64,000 nt of DNA from a virus (taxonomy: Duplodnaviria > Caudoviricetes), in the IMG/VR virus record IMGVR_UViG_3300042858_000011, positions 1 through 64,000 of that record. The stretch is one strand, 5' to 3'. The notes beneath the pieces were generated by a model, which saw only the letters and a program-made list of their open reading frames with translations, was not told the DNA's origin and searched no databases. The translations under genes and the position numbers were made by a program. This document shows, piece after piece, positions 10,596 to 21,751 of the stretch (positions are counted from its first letter, which is position 1; every line of letters starts with the position of its first letter).

Positions 10596-12164
10596 ATGAT
10601 GTTTGTTAGCCTACAGTTCAAGCTTGAACTGAAAAAAGAAGACAAAGAAAAACTCATAAAGCTAATGCGCAAGCAATCCTCTGCTATTCGTGTAGCATAC
10701 AATATGCTAAAGGAGTTGGAAAAAGAAGAAACAAAAAACCCTCACTCTCAGATATACCACAGATTAAGACAGTTATTTCCTGAGTTGCCAACAGGATACA
10801 TTAATTCAGCCATATACAAAGCTAAACAGTATACTACTGATAAATCAGTGGTATTTGGAGGTAGAAGACTTTTTGAAAAGCTTTGCAAAAACCACCTTAC
10901 AGGAAAAGCAAGAGAAAAACTTAAAAAGCAATGGAGAGAACTAAGACAAGGAACATTGATTGCCATAGGTTCAAAACATAAAACCGTACAGGGTAATCAA
11001 CTACTCAGGTTTGTGGAACTGGATGGAAAACTACATCTAAGAATTACCACAGGAAAAAGAGAGTTTATCTACGCAAAAGTGTTAAGAGAACCCAGCAATA
11101 GCAAAGATAAGTGGATAACTTTTATGATTATGCTTTTAGAAAGTTGGCAAACAAAAAACTACTTCGCCTACACAGTAGAACTAAAGCTAAGAGATGGAGA
11201 AGTTTATGGAAGCGTATCTTTTGAGATCCCAACACCTGAAGTGAAATACACCAAAGAAAACGGAGTAATAGCAGTAGACACAAACGCATCACCAATTCAC
11301 TTAGCCATAGCAGAAGTTTCAAAGACTGGAGAACTGTTAAGCTATCAAACTATTAGCTTACACTACCTTTTAGGACTTTCCAAAAACACCAAGGATCATC
11401 AAGAGTGGATATTAGCCCATCAGATAGTGGATTTGGCTATTGAGAAAGGCAAAGCTATAGCAGTGGAAAATCTAAAGAAACTCAAAAAGGGAACCCGTGG
11501 AGATGGCAAGGCTAAACTGAGAAGAATACTTCACAGCTGGAACGCCAAAAAGTTTTTACAAAAGCTAAAAAGAGTAGCAAAGCTAAAAGGTGTAGAAGTG
11601 ATAGAGGTCAACCCTGCCTATACCTCAGTTATCGGTATGCTAAAGTATGCACCGCAATTGAACATAGACAAGGATATTGCAGGTGCTTATGTAATAGGAA
11701 GAAGGGCACTGGGATTTAAAGAAGATACACCCGAGAATTACGAAAGACTACTAAAGGACAAGGCATATCTGGAGTTTGCACTGAAAAGATATGAAGAAAG
11801 AGAAAAGGAACTTAGAGAAATTATAGAGAAGGAAAGCAACAAATACAAGAGAAATGCACTAAAAAGCGAACTAAAGAATGTAGAGAATGCAAAGAACATT
11901 TTAGTTAATCTCATACAAAGCCTTCAGAGTGAGTCAAGCTCCTGTGAGGGAGCCGATGGAAGGAATCCCGAGCAGGGAGAGACTAAAGAAGTCTCTCAAG
12001 TAGCTTGGCAAGTTCTGAAGGTAGCCTTCCTCTTCCCTATCCTTGGAAAGGTCTTACCAAGAGACCTTTCTTCTCTGAAGCCCATATTGGTGGAAGGGAT
12101 GTGGGATAGGGTGAGGTATTCTAAAGGGTTAGCTCCTTTAGAGGCTGGAGGGGCGTCCCGATAA
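10596..12164 (+). mobile_element. tnpB: IS200/IS605-family TnpB-related RNA-guided nuclease, no tnpA
   Basis: RuvC motifs AVDTN, AVENL, VNPAYTS, DKDIAGAYVIGRR; higher GC than flanks; GC-rich 3' region compatible with omegaRNA/right end. Confidence 0.9.
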
Positions 12165-12196
12165 GGGATCTTTAGAACAGCCTCAGCATCGTAATC

Positions 12197-13453
12197 ATGT
12201 TTAAATTGGGTAACTTTGCTTTTGTTGGTAAAGATGTATCAGACAGATATAAAGATATTGATTACTTTTTGTATCAACAACATCTTGATGTTCTAGCAAC
12301 ATCAAACTGGGTATTATTCAAACCATTTTATCAAAAAGATATTAACACTTCTAGATTGCATAATAAAATCAAAACGCTATTAATAGTTATGTTGCTTGTT
12401 AATGATCCCGGCTATACAAATTTAGTAAATTGGTTCAAAGGTGTAGACGGATTGCAAGTAGCTGATTCAATTCCACATCTTATATTGCGGCATTTCAAAG
12501 TTCTTGAACAATATTTAAGGGAAGGTGTAAATTTTACAGGTGTAACAAAATTTACAACAAACAGTTTCAGTAAACAATTAGCTAGGGCAAAAAACAGACT
12601 AACAAATGTAAGTAACTTAGTGTACTTAGCTAAAGAACTGGATGTCAGTCTGCAGTACAACAATACACTAGAAAATGATGCAGGTATACAATTATTAAAT
12701 TTTGGTATAGAGATGGCATCGGGTATTATTACAAATGTAGCAATATTAGCTGCTATTGGTGAATTGCTTGTAGATACTATTAATCAACTGATACCAAATC
12801 AAATATTTACTAGCTTAGATAGTGGTTTAAACAAAATAACTGACATTATTAGAAATTTAGTGTTAGCTAAACAACCAGCTTATCCTCAAGCATATGAGAG
12901 TAGTACATACTTACTATCAGTTAACATTAATATGAGATTTGTTGCAAACAGTTTCAATGAATTTGTTGAGAATATATTAGTACCTCTTATTGGTTTGTAT
13001 ATGATATCTGCTCCTACTTTATGGAGTGATTATTGGTCTAATAATGATGATGCTATATCTCAATTTCTTAAATCTGGAACATTTCTAAGCAGATTATTTA
13101 CTGCTCCACCTTATATGTTTTCATGTCTAGTTCCAGGACAAGTTTTTATACCAGTAGCCGCAGTTCAAAACATTAGTTTTACTCCATCTAAAGAGACTTT
13201 TATTTCAGGTCATCCAAAGTATGTTGATGTAAATATGACTGTCATTGATCTCATACCTGTTTTATTGTTTTCATCAACAACAACAGATGGAACACCATCA
13301 TTCAATCCTCTAGCAGGAGGCTTCCAAGCTCCAAGTAACTATAGAAAGCGATTCATAGAGGAGTTAATGAAACTTGAGAATGAATTTGAAGTTAAAGAGG
13401 ATGCTCAAAAAATTTTAGTGTTAGGTCATCCTATACTTAAAAATATAAAGTAG
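12197..13453 (+). CDS. Putative baseplate/tail-tube-associated protein
   Basis: C-terminal VQNISFTP...GHPKYVDVNMTVIDL resembles gp48/gp54-like tube-fold proteins; AGC at -12. Confidence 0.4.
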   Translation: MFKLGNFAFVGKDVSDRYKDIDYFLYQQHLDVLATSNWVLFKPFYQKDINTSRLHNKIKTLLIVMLLVNDPGYTNLVNWFKGVDGLQVADSIPHLILRHFKVLEQYLREGVNFTGVTKFTTNSFSKQLARAKNRLTNVSNLVYLAKELDVSLQYNNTLENDAGIQLLNFGIEMASGIITNVAILAAIGELLVDTINQLIPNQIFTSLDSGLNKITDIIRNLVLAKQPAYPQAYESSTYLLSVNINMRFVANSFNEFVENILVPLIGLYMISAPTLWSDYWSNNDDAISQFLKSGTFLSRLFTAPPYMFSCLVPGQVFIPVAAVQNISFTPSKETFISGHPKYVDVNMTVIDLIPVLLFSSTTTDGTPSFNPLAGGFQAPSNYRKRFIEELMKLENEFEVKEDAQKILVLGHPILKNIK

Positions 13454-13475
13454 CAACAATACTAAATTTTTTTGT

Positions 13476-15296
13476 ATGAAGTTTGATAACTGTGCTTCAT
13501 GTATGTTAAGAGATCGTCCTATTGTTATGGAGGATTACATAGATAATGATTCAGATCAAACTATTATGTTAGTTGGTGAAGCACCAGGTTACACAGAAGC
13601 AAAAACGGGTAAGCCATTTACAGGTAAATCAGGCTCCATAATTCGCAACATTATAAAACAAATCAAAAACTACAATATTGTAATAACAAATAGTGTTTTA
13701 TGTCATCCAGATAAGAATGAAACTCCAAATGATACTGTGCTAACAAAATGTAGACCAAACATCATTAATCAAATACAAAAATATTCACCAGTTAAAATTA
13801 TTACACTAGGTAATAGAGGCTTGCAACAAATATGTAAAATTTACCAACTTAAGCATATCAAAGCATCACAAAAAGGATTTATAGACACTGTTTTGGATAG
13901 GAATACTAAACAAAAGATAGAAATTTATGCAACATATCATCCTGCTTACTATTTGAGAAGTAGAGAAGAGGATATCATAAATCATATTTTGGATACATTT
14001 AAGCAAGTAACAAATAATCCAAATCTAGTCTACATAGATACAGCAAGCAAAGTAGAAGCAGCAAAACAATTAGAGTTCTTACAATCAGAATATGATAGTG
14101 CTAAGAATTTAGATTTGGATATTGATTTAAATGGATATGATATAATATCCTGCTTTGAATATGAAAATTATATGTTGTTATGTTTATACAAACCTGAAGC
14201 AGGCAAAAAGATTATCGGATTACCAATTCAAACTTTTGTACATAATTTTGAAGCAGACAAAAAATTCAATTTTGCTACATTTGTAACAGGAGATAAAAAA
14301 GAACTCAGAATTGTTAGCAGAAACTACAGTAAAATACTTAGCGACTACATAAAAAATATAAATGGTAAAAGCTCTTCATTTGGAGTTATAGAGGGCAGTT
14401 TAGTTCAGAATTTTGCATTATTCCTATCAGTATCTAGAAATAGATCGTTTCACAAACCCAGTTATGCATATTTGGATATAGAAGTTTTAAACAATGAAGG
14501 AGAATTTCCAGATCCAGTTATAGCTGATAGACCCATCATATGTTACAGTTATATGGATAACAATAAGAACAAAATATATAGTTGTTACTTGCAAACAAAA
14601 CATGTAGATTTACAAACAGTAAAAAAATATTTACCAGAACAAGTTAGTCAAGAAATTGAATTGATTGCTTTCGAAAATGAAAAGGATTTAGTTGTTCACA
14701 TAACCAATAAAATAAAAGATGAGTTTGCTTTGTATGTTGGTTGGAATGTTGGCTTTGACGTATCATACATCATAAACAGATACATAAAGCTAACAAACGA
14801 TAGTTCCATTATTCCCTGTAAAGTGAATGATGAAAAGAATGTGGGTACAGATTGTGACTTGGTCTATGGTGCAACAATAGATTTGTTAAAGATGTATCGC
14901 AATATAAAACCAGATCTAACATCTTACTCTTTGGATAATGTCTCAAAATTAGAATTAAAATCTAGCAAAGTAAAACTAAACAAATCCTTAAAACAAATCT
15001 GGGATGAAGACCCAAGCTTAGTTATTGCATACAACATATATGACACTATTCTGGTTAGCATGATAGATGAAAAATATAAGTTTGTAGATCAATATCACTA
15101 TTTGAGATCTTTGTATGAATTACCTTTTAATGAGAAATTTGTTAACAGTAAAGTTTTAGCTACAACTATTAAGTTGATTGCAGTTGCTCTGAGACATAAT
15201 CTAATTCCAACTATGTTAGTTAGCAAAACAATTGATTCGTATACAGGAGCATATGTAAGAGAGTTTATAAAAGGTGTATTTAGAGTAGAATCTTAA
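13476..15296 (+). CDS. Family-4 uracil-DNA glycosylase fused to the PolB 3'-5' exonuclease half (split DNA polymerase, part 1)
   Basis: CASC, GEAPGYTE..GKPFTGKSG, NSVLCHP, HPAY (UDG4). ExoI YLDIEV..GEFPDP, ExoII GWNVGFDVSYI, SYSLDNVS, ExoIII YNIYD. Ends at YTGAYVRE..KG just before PolB motif A. Confidence 0.9.
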   Translation: MKFDNCASCMLRDRPIVMEDYIDNDSDQTIMLVGEAPGYTEAKTGKPFTGKSGSIIRNIIKQIKNYNIVITNSVLCHPDKNETPNDTVLTKCRPNIINQIQKYSPVKIITLGNRGLQQICKIYQLKHIKASQKGFIDTVLDRNTKQKIEIYATYHPAYYLRSREEDIINHILDTFKQVTNNPNLVYIDTASKVEAAKQLEFLQSEYDSAKNLDLDIDLNGYDIISCFEYENYMLLCLYKPEAGKKIIGLPIQTFVHNFEADKKFNFATFVTGDKKELRIVSRNYSKILSDYIKNINGKSSSFGVIEGSLVQNFALFLSVSRNRSFHKPSYAYLDIEVLNNEGEFPDPVIADRPIICYSYMDNNKNKIYSCYLQTKHVDLQTVKKYLPEQVSQEIELIAFENEKDLVVHITNKIKDEFALYVGWNVGFDVSYIINRYIKLTNDSSIIPCKVNDEKNVGTDCDLVYGATIDLLKMYRNIKPDLTSYSLDNVSKLELKSSKVKLNKSLKQIWDEDPSLVIAYNIYDTILVSMIDEKYKFVDQYHYLRSLYELPFNEKFVNSKVLATTIKLIAVALRHNLIPTMLVSKTIDSYTGAYVREFIKGVFRVES

Positions 15297-15544
15297 TGAG
15301 GATTTTTTTGTGTAATAGCAACTACACTAAATTTAAAGATATGAGTAGTTTGTCTAGGCCGTATTACATTTTACTAAATAATAGTTCAGATGAAGATAAT
15401 TTGTCTAGCATTATACAATTTGTTAGAAAACAACTAGGTCCAAATGCTAACATAAAAGTTATAAGAAAGCCACCACAATATATTGATCCGCTGTTCCGAT
15501 TGAGATATGAAGGAACTACAATAGATATTTATGAAGAAGCTTAA
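15296..15544 (+). CDS. Hypothetical protein
   Basis: 82-aa ORF overlapping the upstream stop (TAATG coupling). Confidence 0.5.
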   Translation: MRIFLCNSNYTKFKDMSSLSRPYYILLNNSSDEDNLSSIIQFVRKQLGPNANIKVIRKPPQYIDPLFRLRYEGTTIDIYEEA

Positions 15545-15556
15545 CAAAAAAACATC

Positions 15557-16999
15557 TTAAACTATTTCATAATCCCAACCAAATAAATTGAAGAACTTTT
15601 TTCTACCATGAACCATAAATAATATGGCAGGATTAAGTTCAACTCCAACTGTGTATATTTTTGATGTCCGTTTTTTAGGATTGTATGTTATTGTTGCAAC
15701 CTGATACATTGTATGTATCCTAACTGTGTATGGTTTTACAATCGTTATTGGATCTGAGAGTAACTGATAAGTCATTATCTTTCTACGACCATTAACATAG
15801 AAGTAATAGTTGTCAATTAACTGAGGCAGTTCAACCTCTAATATATCTTCTTGACCTCCTGGTAGTTGTATGTGAAATCTAACTTTTGAGACTAATGTAA
15901 CTCTGTTATTGCTAAATGGTTTAACATGATCAATGTCAACTTTCTTAATCTTTATACCTTGATCTTCCATAATTCTAATCATTGCAGGTATTATGGTGCT
16001 ATATTGTTCAATCCTATCATTCTTTATGATTCTCTCATCTTTCTGAGTTAAAAATCTAGAGAATGTTGGTATATGCAATTCTTTTCTCTCGAATGTTATG
16101 CTGCTAATATCAGGTATATGTTTTCTCTCTAGTGAGATATTTAATGTATGTGAAGCAGATATAAACTTTTTGAATTGATATTCTGTTTTGTTAGTCGGTT
16201 TATAGTTTGTAACATTTTGATCTGCTATTGAGTATAATTTGTTTGTAGTAGTTGTTTGTTTATCTGTCTCCTCGGGAGCAAACTTTTTAAGATATTTATC
16301 CAAAATTTCTATAATCAAATAAGGTTGTCTGCTAACATTTGTTAGTTTAAGTATTTGCATTTTTACATCATTATCGTAGCCTCTACTTGTAACTATTGCC
16401 ACGTATATTTCCGAAAACAAATTAAGCCAATTGCTTCCATAATAGAGAATTTTACCGATAACATCATTTCTGATATTGTTTATGTTTAGTATATTTGCTG
16501 CGAACTGAGGATCAAATATCAATACTAAAATGTTATTACTGTTTTGTTGCAAAACAAAATGATTCTCAATTATTTTGGTTAATGTTCTGTTTAGTTGTAT
16601 GTATCTGGATTGATAATAGTTATGTAAACTGCTAAATATTAGTGTTAAGTCTATGAAGTTAGCAACAGTCAAACTAAGTTTGTTATATGCTTTCTCTGGT
16701 TCTGCTACATCATCATTACTTTGTGATAGCATAGGAATTTTTGTTCTCCAATTTAAAACTGTAATGCCCTGTTGTGTTAAGGCTTTACGATATTCTATGT
16801 ATGCATTCTGATTAGTTATAGTTAGCTTTGGAATAACAACCGTTGGTCTTAGCCTTGGTTTTATGTAATTGTTTATAAGTGACTTTATTATATTGTAGGT
16901 GTTAAAGGTTAAATCAAGTAGAAATATCTTTTGATTGTTAGATCGGATATAGGGTATTCTTACAATTCTTGGCTTTTGATTACTTTTGGTAGATAACAT
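15557..16999 (-). CDS. RNA polymerase beta-subunit N-terminal fragment with long N-extension (candidate virion RNAP)
   Basis: LPQLIDNYYFYVNGRRKIMTYQL matches the beta region A pattern (P...G.F.INGxERV.VSQL); AGC at -14. Confidence 0.7.
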   Translation of the reverse strand: MLSTKSNQKPRIVRIPYIRSNNQKIFLLDLTFNTYNIIKSLINNYIKPRLRPTVVIPKLTITNQNAYIEYRKALTQQGITVLNWRTKIPMLSQSNDDVAEPEKAYNKLSLTVANFIDLTLIFSSLHNYYQSRYIQLNRTLTKIIENHFVLQQNSNNILVLIFDPQFAANILNINNIRNDVIGKILYYGSNWLNLFSEIYVAIVTSRGYDNDVKMQILKLTNVSRQPYLIIEILDKYLKKFAPEETDKQTTTTNKLYSIADQNVTNYKPTNKTEYQFKKFISASHTLNISLERKHIPDISSITFERKELHIPTFSRFLTQKDERIIKNDRIEQYSTIIPAMIRIMEDQGIKIKKVDIDHVKPFSNNRVTLVSKVRFHIQLPGGQEDILEVELPQLIDNYYFYVNGRRKIMTYQLLSDPITIVKPYTVRIHTMYQVATITYNPKKRTSKIYTVGVELNPAILFMVHGRKKFFNLFGWDYEIV

Positions 17000-17235
17000 T
17001 ATACATTGTTGCTGTTTGTGTCTTTGAGATCTGTAGTGTATAAAGGTTGTCCTTTACTGTAGTCTACAATACCATCAACAATGTAAGTTGGTTTGTTGTA
17101 TTTTTGCTCGATCTCCTTAATCAGGTGAGCATATTTGCTTCTGACTAATATACAATCATCAATCAATAAACCAAAAACATCACAACTAGTATCAGTCTTA
17201 ACAAAATCTTTGAGTATATCGCCCAGTCTGAACAT
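16999..17235 (-). CDS. Hypothetical protein
   Basis: 78-aa ORF, AGC at -14. Confidence 0.55.
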   Translation of the reverse strand: MFRLGDILKDFVKTDTSCDVFGLLIDDCILVRSKYAHLIKEIEQKYNKPTYIVDGIVDYSKGQPLYTTDLKDTNSNNV

Positions 17236-17270
17236 AGAGTATTAGTGCTCATCTAAAAAAGTAAAAAAAA

Positions 17271-18428
17271 TTATCTTGAAGCAATTACCAATCTAGGTAA
17301 TGTCTCTATTTTTTGTTTTACAAGTTGATTGTATTTTTGTTCGTACTCTTGATATTTTTGTTTATAATAATTTCCGTGTTCTCTGTTTTGTCTATTATCC
17401 TGTTGTTGTTGTTTCTTTTGTTCTTCTAATGCTTTGACTGTAATCCAATATAGCGGAACATCTCTGAAAATATATGCTAGTGCTATAATAGCAACAAATA
17501 TCAATACTTTGAAGCTAGTTATTGCGTCTATTACAGTGGTGAAAGCATGTTGAGCAAATTTGAAGAAGAGTAGCATGAGATATCCTACAGCAACAAGGCT
17601 AGCAATTCCTACTACAATTAAAGTTGATATTTCTTCTTGATGTTCTTTATTTTCTGTGTCTTGTTTTGAAGTAGTTTCATTATCATTTTGTTTGGTATTA
17701 TTCTGATTATTTTGTTTGGTATCATCCTGTTTTGTATTATTCTCAGTTTGTTCAACTTTAATTAATTGATATACAAAACTATCCAATGATATGTTTTCTT
17801 TAATTAACATTTGTTGATATTTTTTAAGTTCTTGACCGTTATACACTAATGCAAAGCTTAAAACAGTCATCAGTTCCATATTATTTAATTCCATCGGTAC
17901 TTGTCTGAATTTCTCTATCTTTTGATAGATTAATGATCTTCCAAATAGGAATTTAAAACCTAATCTTGCAATTAGATTTTGTCCCATTATCATTTTGTTT
18001 GATATAATTCTTGCTACTTGTTTAGAACCATGAGTGTAGATGAAGAATCTTAGTATTGTTAGATGCAATGCTCCGTAGTCAACAAATTTTTGTTTGTGTT
18101 CTTCTTCCTTAACCGCATTCATCAATTTACGATGCATTGAATCATAAAACTTATTTAAGTCTCCACATTGTTTTATTATATTAACTGGTTCTTTTAAAAC
18201 TTGAGTATCAACTAAATATAACTGACCACTACTATGTTGTATAATGACTTTTGTATCTCTGCTAATAATATTTTCTAAGTCTCTAATTTTAAAACCTCTT
18301 TCCAGATCAAGAGTTGAAAATTCAGCTATTGCAAAATTTTCTGGTTTAGTCTTCCTTCCAAATTCTTCTACAATTTTATCAAGATATAAAGTATACAAAG
18401 CGTTTATATTTACAGTTACAGTTGACAT
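17271..18428 (-). CDS. Membrane-spanning hypothetical (candidate head-internal) protein
   Basis: Two hydrophobic helices after a low-complexity N/Q/T linker; AGC at -14 of ATG 18428. Confidence 0.6.
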   Translation of the reverse strand: MSTVTVNINALYTLYLDKIVEEFGRKTKPENFAIAEFSTLDLERGFKIRDLENIISRDTKVIIQHSSGQLYLVDTQVLKEPVNIIKQCGDLNKFYDSMHRKLMNAVKEEEHKQKFVDYGALHLTILRFFIYTHGSKQVARIISNKMIMGQNLIARLGFKFLFGRSLIYQKIEKFRQVPMELNNMELMTVLSFALVYNGQELKKYQQMLIKENISLDSFVYQLIKVEQTENNTKQDDTKQNNQNNTKQNDNETTSKQDTENKEHQEEISTLIVVGIASLVAVGYLMLLFFKFAQHAFTTVIDAITSFKVLIFVAIIALAYIFRDVPLYWITVKALEEQKKQQQQDNRQNREHGNYYKQKYQEYEQKYNQLVKQKIETLPRLVIASR

Positions 18429-18451
18429 TTTACTTTGTAGCTTGTTTGTCA

Positions 18452-19645
18452 ATGTTGTTACTGCAAAATAAACAAAGCTTTATTGTTAGATACACTGCAA
18501 GCAATGTCAAACAGTATGCATCGTATATTTTGAAAAGGTTGTTTGATAGAGATGTTGAATTTATGGATTTCGAGAATAATAAAACAAGACTTGATAGAAT
18601 TATATTCCTATCTGGTCAACCATCTATAATTGGTTCATACAGTGAATTGTTAGCCAGAGGTTTACCTAAACCATTTTGTGTTGTTTTTGATGAAAAAATA
18701 ATGGATAGATATGAGCAACCGTTTTTAGGTCAGTTTCATGCTTCAGGTTTTGAACAACCTTTAATAAAATTATACCTTGCTGTTAGAGATGACTCACTAA
18801 TAAACTTATCTGATAACAATACAAATGTAGCAGGTTATACGAACTTTCAGATTGAGATTGTAGCTCACATAACTAGATTACCCTATCAAATGGATTTGGC
18901 TTTGCATTATAGTACACAGGCTCAGATGATTGAAAGTCAAACAACCATAACAAATCTATTTACAGTTGGTAGATATCACCTAATCAAAATTCCTTACATA
19001 ATATATCTACCTAGAGAATTATTCGTTGCTACAGAAAATAACGATTTACTTGGTAGCATTGATTTATACAATACACTCAGAGATGATACAGAAACAGTAA
19101 AGGTTTATCCTGTTTCTGGACAAACTAATCAAGTTGGATTAGTTATAAATATGCATGCTTACGTTAGAATAGATGCTGCATCATGGACACAGAACATAAT
19201 TGTTGATAGTCAGGAACAGACTTTTAGAAGTGATTGGTCTGTATATGTTGATATGCCCTACATTAAATTTGTTGATTTGATAACTTACATTCCAATTAGA
19301 GGTGTAATTGTTAAGATATTTATCAAGAATGATGTAACTGCAGAACCTTTATTGGTCCCTACTAGTATTGATGATTTGACATTGTTTCATATACAAGAGA
19401 TTAATATTGATACATTCTATGCTAGAGATACATTCGTGATTGATATACCTACAGACATAAACTTAAGTGATATAAAAAAGATAGAAGTTATAAACTTTAG
19501 CAGTCAGATAACAGATCCAAGCACTAACTTTATAGGAGGTATGTTAATTAAGAAATTGGAATATACATTAGATAGTAATAATGGACGTATACAGGTTTTG
19601 AACGAAGTATATCCAGGTAAAGTTAGGGTTTATTACTGGCGTTAG
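18452..19645 (+). CDS. Putative tail completion/sheath stabilizer (gp15-like)
   Basis: LPYQMDLALHYSTQAQMIE pattern; AGC at -13 of ATG 18452. Confidence 0.35.
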   Translation: MLLLQNKQSFIVRYTASNVKQYASYILKRLFDRDVEFMDFENNKTRLDRIIFLSGQPSIIGSYSELLARGLPKPFCVVFDEKIMDRYEQPFLGQFHASGFEQPLIKLYLAVRDDSLINLSDNNTNVAGYTNFQIEIVAHITRLPYQMDLALHYSTQAQMIESQTTITNLFTVGRYHLIKIPYIIYLPRELFVATENNDLLGSIDLYNTLRDDTETVKVYPVSGQTNQVGLVINMHAYVRIDAASWTQNIIVDSQEQTFRSDWSVYVDMPYIKFVDLITYIPIRGVIVKIFIKNDVTAEPLLVPTSIDDLTLFHIQEINIDTFYARDTFVIDIPTDINLSDIKKIEVINFSSQITDPSTNFIGGMLIKKLEYTLDSNNGRIQVLNEVYPGKVRVYYWR

Positions 19646-19716
19646 TTCCTCGCAAATGTATTTCTTTTTTTTACAAACATGAGATAAACTTTTACAATTA
19701 CACTAAATTTTTTATC

Positions 19717-20166
19717 ATGAAGCAAACAGACAAAATACAAAAATTTATTCATGATTTTCGTCTGCAAATTGATTATGAGCGCAAACTAATTACAGTAGAT
19801 AAACACTTTTTAAATTTATCTGATAAGATATATGCTCCAGTATTTAAGTATCATGATGTAGATTATGCTCTTAGGTTTATAGCTAATGTTGTATTACATC
19901 AAGATAAGTTGGATACGCATCAATTAAAAGAACTACCTCCAGAGGTTATTAATGTGGCCAATAAGTTAAAAAATTTCAAAGTTTATGTTGCTAACTCAAA
20001 AAAGAATTATCGTGTTTCAATTTATCATAAAGGTAGAGAATATCAAACATTAACTGATGTTAAAGTTGTATGGCTCTGGTGTTTATATGATTTGATAGTT
20101 TACTTGACTAATGCAAAAAGTCATCTAAATTTATATGTATGTCAGACAGAAGACAGGAAGAGTTGA
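19717..20166 (+). CDS. Hypothetical protein
   Basis: ORF with CTAAATTT at -14. Confidence 0.6.
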   Translation: MKQTDKIQKFIHDFRLQIDYERKLITVDKHFLNLSDKIYAPVFKYHDVDYALRFIANVVLHQDKLDTHQLKELPPEVINVANKLKNFKVYVANSKKNYRVSIYHKGREYQTLTDVKVVWLWCLYDLIVYLTNAKSHLNLYVCQTEDRKS

Positions 20167-20309
20167 TAAAAATGCTTAGAATGTATACTCATTTACTACA
20201 TTTGAATAGACCAACAATTCAAATTCATAAACAGAATAATCTAGATACATTGATAAAATTACAAATGCAGTTACTCAAGAAAATGAAGAAATAATCTAAA
20301 TTTTTTTAT

Positions 20310-20747
20310 ATGCACACACTATACAGATTACTAGACGATTATTTCATGATTAGACTTAGTGATAACAAAATTATTTTGAGCTATCAGATTAGTTACAACA
20401 TTAATAGAATATTAACCAGCATTGAATATGTAATACGTAGGCACCTATATAAAATACCTAATCATTTTCAAAAATATTTCATACACGTAACATTAAACTG
20501 TTTGAATTTAAAAAGTAACATACAATTTGACTTTGCAAGAAAAGAAGTAGTTATAATAACAAGACAAAAAAATGTAAAAGTGTTAGAAGAATTTTTAACT
20601 ACCTACAAATACAAGTTTCTAAATACATATGCTTTCAAAAGTTCTATGTTAACAATGATATTTCCTCTGTTTATAGAGAATCAAATTAATGCAGAAACTA
20701 TACTGTGGTATGTTTTGCTAATGACACATCCTATCAATCAATTGTGA
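20310..20747 (+). CDS. Hypothetical protein
   Basis: ORF with CTAAATTT at -14. Confidence 0.6.
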   Translation: MHTLYRLLDDYFMIRLSDNKIILSYQISYNINRILTSIEYVIRRHLYKIPNHFQKYFIHVTLNCLNLKSNIQFDFARKEVVIITRQKNVKVLEEFLTTYKYKFLNTYAFKSSMLTMIFPLFIENQINAETILWYVLLMTHPINQL

Positions 20748-20800
20748 AAACTAATGTTGCAGTTATAGAAAAAACAATACAAAAAAAGTAAAATAAGTTT

Positions 20801-21748
20801 TTACGACATTAATAGATCTACTATCAAAGCAGCAGCGAACCAATTTCCTACATCATCGTATTCATCTTTAGTTACATTAAGTTTTTTGATTTTGTCTAGT
20901 TGCTTTTTATCTAGTTTGCTAATAATGGAAGGTATGTTTCTAATAATATCGTTAGTTGCTAGAGGATGTTTGCTCACAATAGAACGAATTATATTAGTTA
21001 AATCTTTTCTATCATCACTGTTAATATAATCCATAACTTTTAGGTATTCCAATTTGTTATACATTTCCTGAGCAAATATCTTATTCTTCGTTTTTGCATA
21101 CAATATAGCATAAACGAAAGACATCACTAATCTTGTTCTATCATAGTTATCGTTTATGTTCAGTTTTATCTTAGGTTCTGTTTTTGTTGCAGGTTGTTCT
21201 TCGCTAGATTCTTTGGCTAGTATAGAATCGTATACTTTCAATTTGTATATGTTGTATGATATTAAATCTAGTAAGGAATTTTCTGCATTAGGATCAAACA
21301 ATTTATAGATACCAAAAATACTCTTTGGTCTCAATAATCTGAATGCAACTCTATCTTTAACAAGTTTGCGTAACAAATCCGTATTTGTTATGGGTATGTT
21401 AATCTTTTCAGTGAAGCCTGTCGTACTTATAGTCATCTGAGCAACATTCACATTCATTAATGATAGTCTATACAATCTACCTAGGATTAAGTTTATAGCA
21501 AAAACTATGTCCTGTATAAGTTTATCAAAACGTGTTTCCTTATTTGTTTTGATTTTGATTGTTATTTGTTCATTCTTGAGATTTATTGTTGCAAAACTTA
21601 ACTGTTTTTCAATGTCATCTAGATTGATTTTTTGTTCGTTTTCGATGTTTAATGAGAATGACGGAGTCGTAAGTTTTGTTATATTACTAAAAAAGTGATA
21701 GTAGATTGAAGATAGTAATATATCATTTGCATTACCTATTCTAGACAT
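20801..21748 (-). CDS. Hypothetical protein
   Basis: 315-aa ORF with SD-like GGGAGGAG in the end of the upstream gene. Confidence 0.6.
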   Translation of the reverse strand: MSRIGNANDILLSSIYYHFFSNITKLTTPSFSLNIENEQKINLDDIEKQLSFATINLKNEQITIKIKTNKETRFDKLIQDIVFAINLILGRLYRLSLMNVNVAQMTISTTGFTEKINIPITNTDLLRKLVKDRVAFRLLRPKSIFGIYKLFDPNAENSLLDLISYNIYKLKVYDSILAKESSEEQPATKTEPKIKLNINDNYDRTRLVMSFVYAILYAKTKNKIFAQEMYNKLEYLKVMDYINSDDRKDLTNIIRSIVSKHPLATNDIIRNIPSIISKLDKKQLDKIKKLNVTKDEYDDVGNWFAAALIVDLLMS

Positions 21749-21751
21749 TTT

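Noticed and set aside
13476-14000. Uracil-substituted genome as in AR9/PBS1
   Set aside because: An intact-looking UDG plus ThyX argues for thymine-containing DNA
15270-15544. Intein or frameshift joining the PolB halves via the small downstream ORF
   Set aside because: The 82-aa ORF has no polymerase or intein motifs, and the pol half has its own start motif at 38144
20172-20294. 40-aa ORF MLRMYTH...KKMKK
   Set aside because: No class-1 or class-2 motif or SD at the expected position; unsupported
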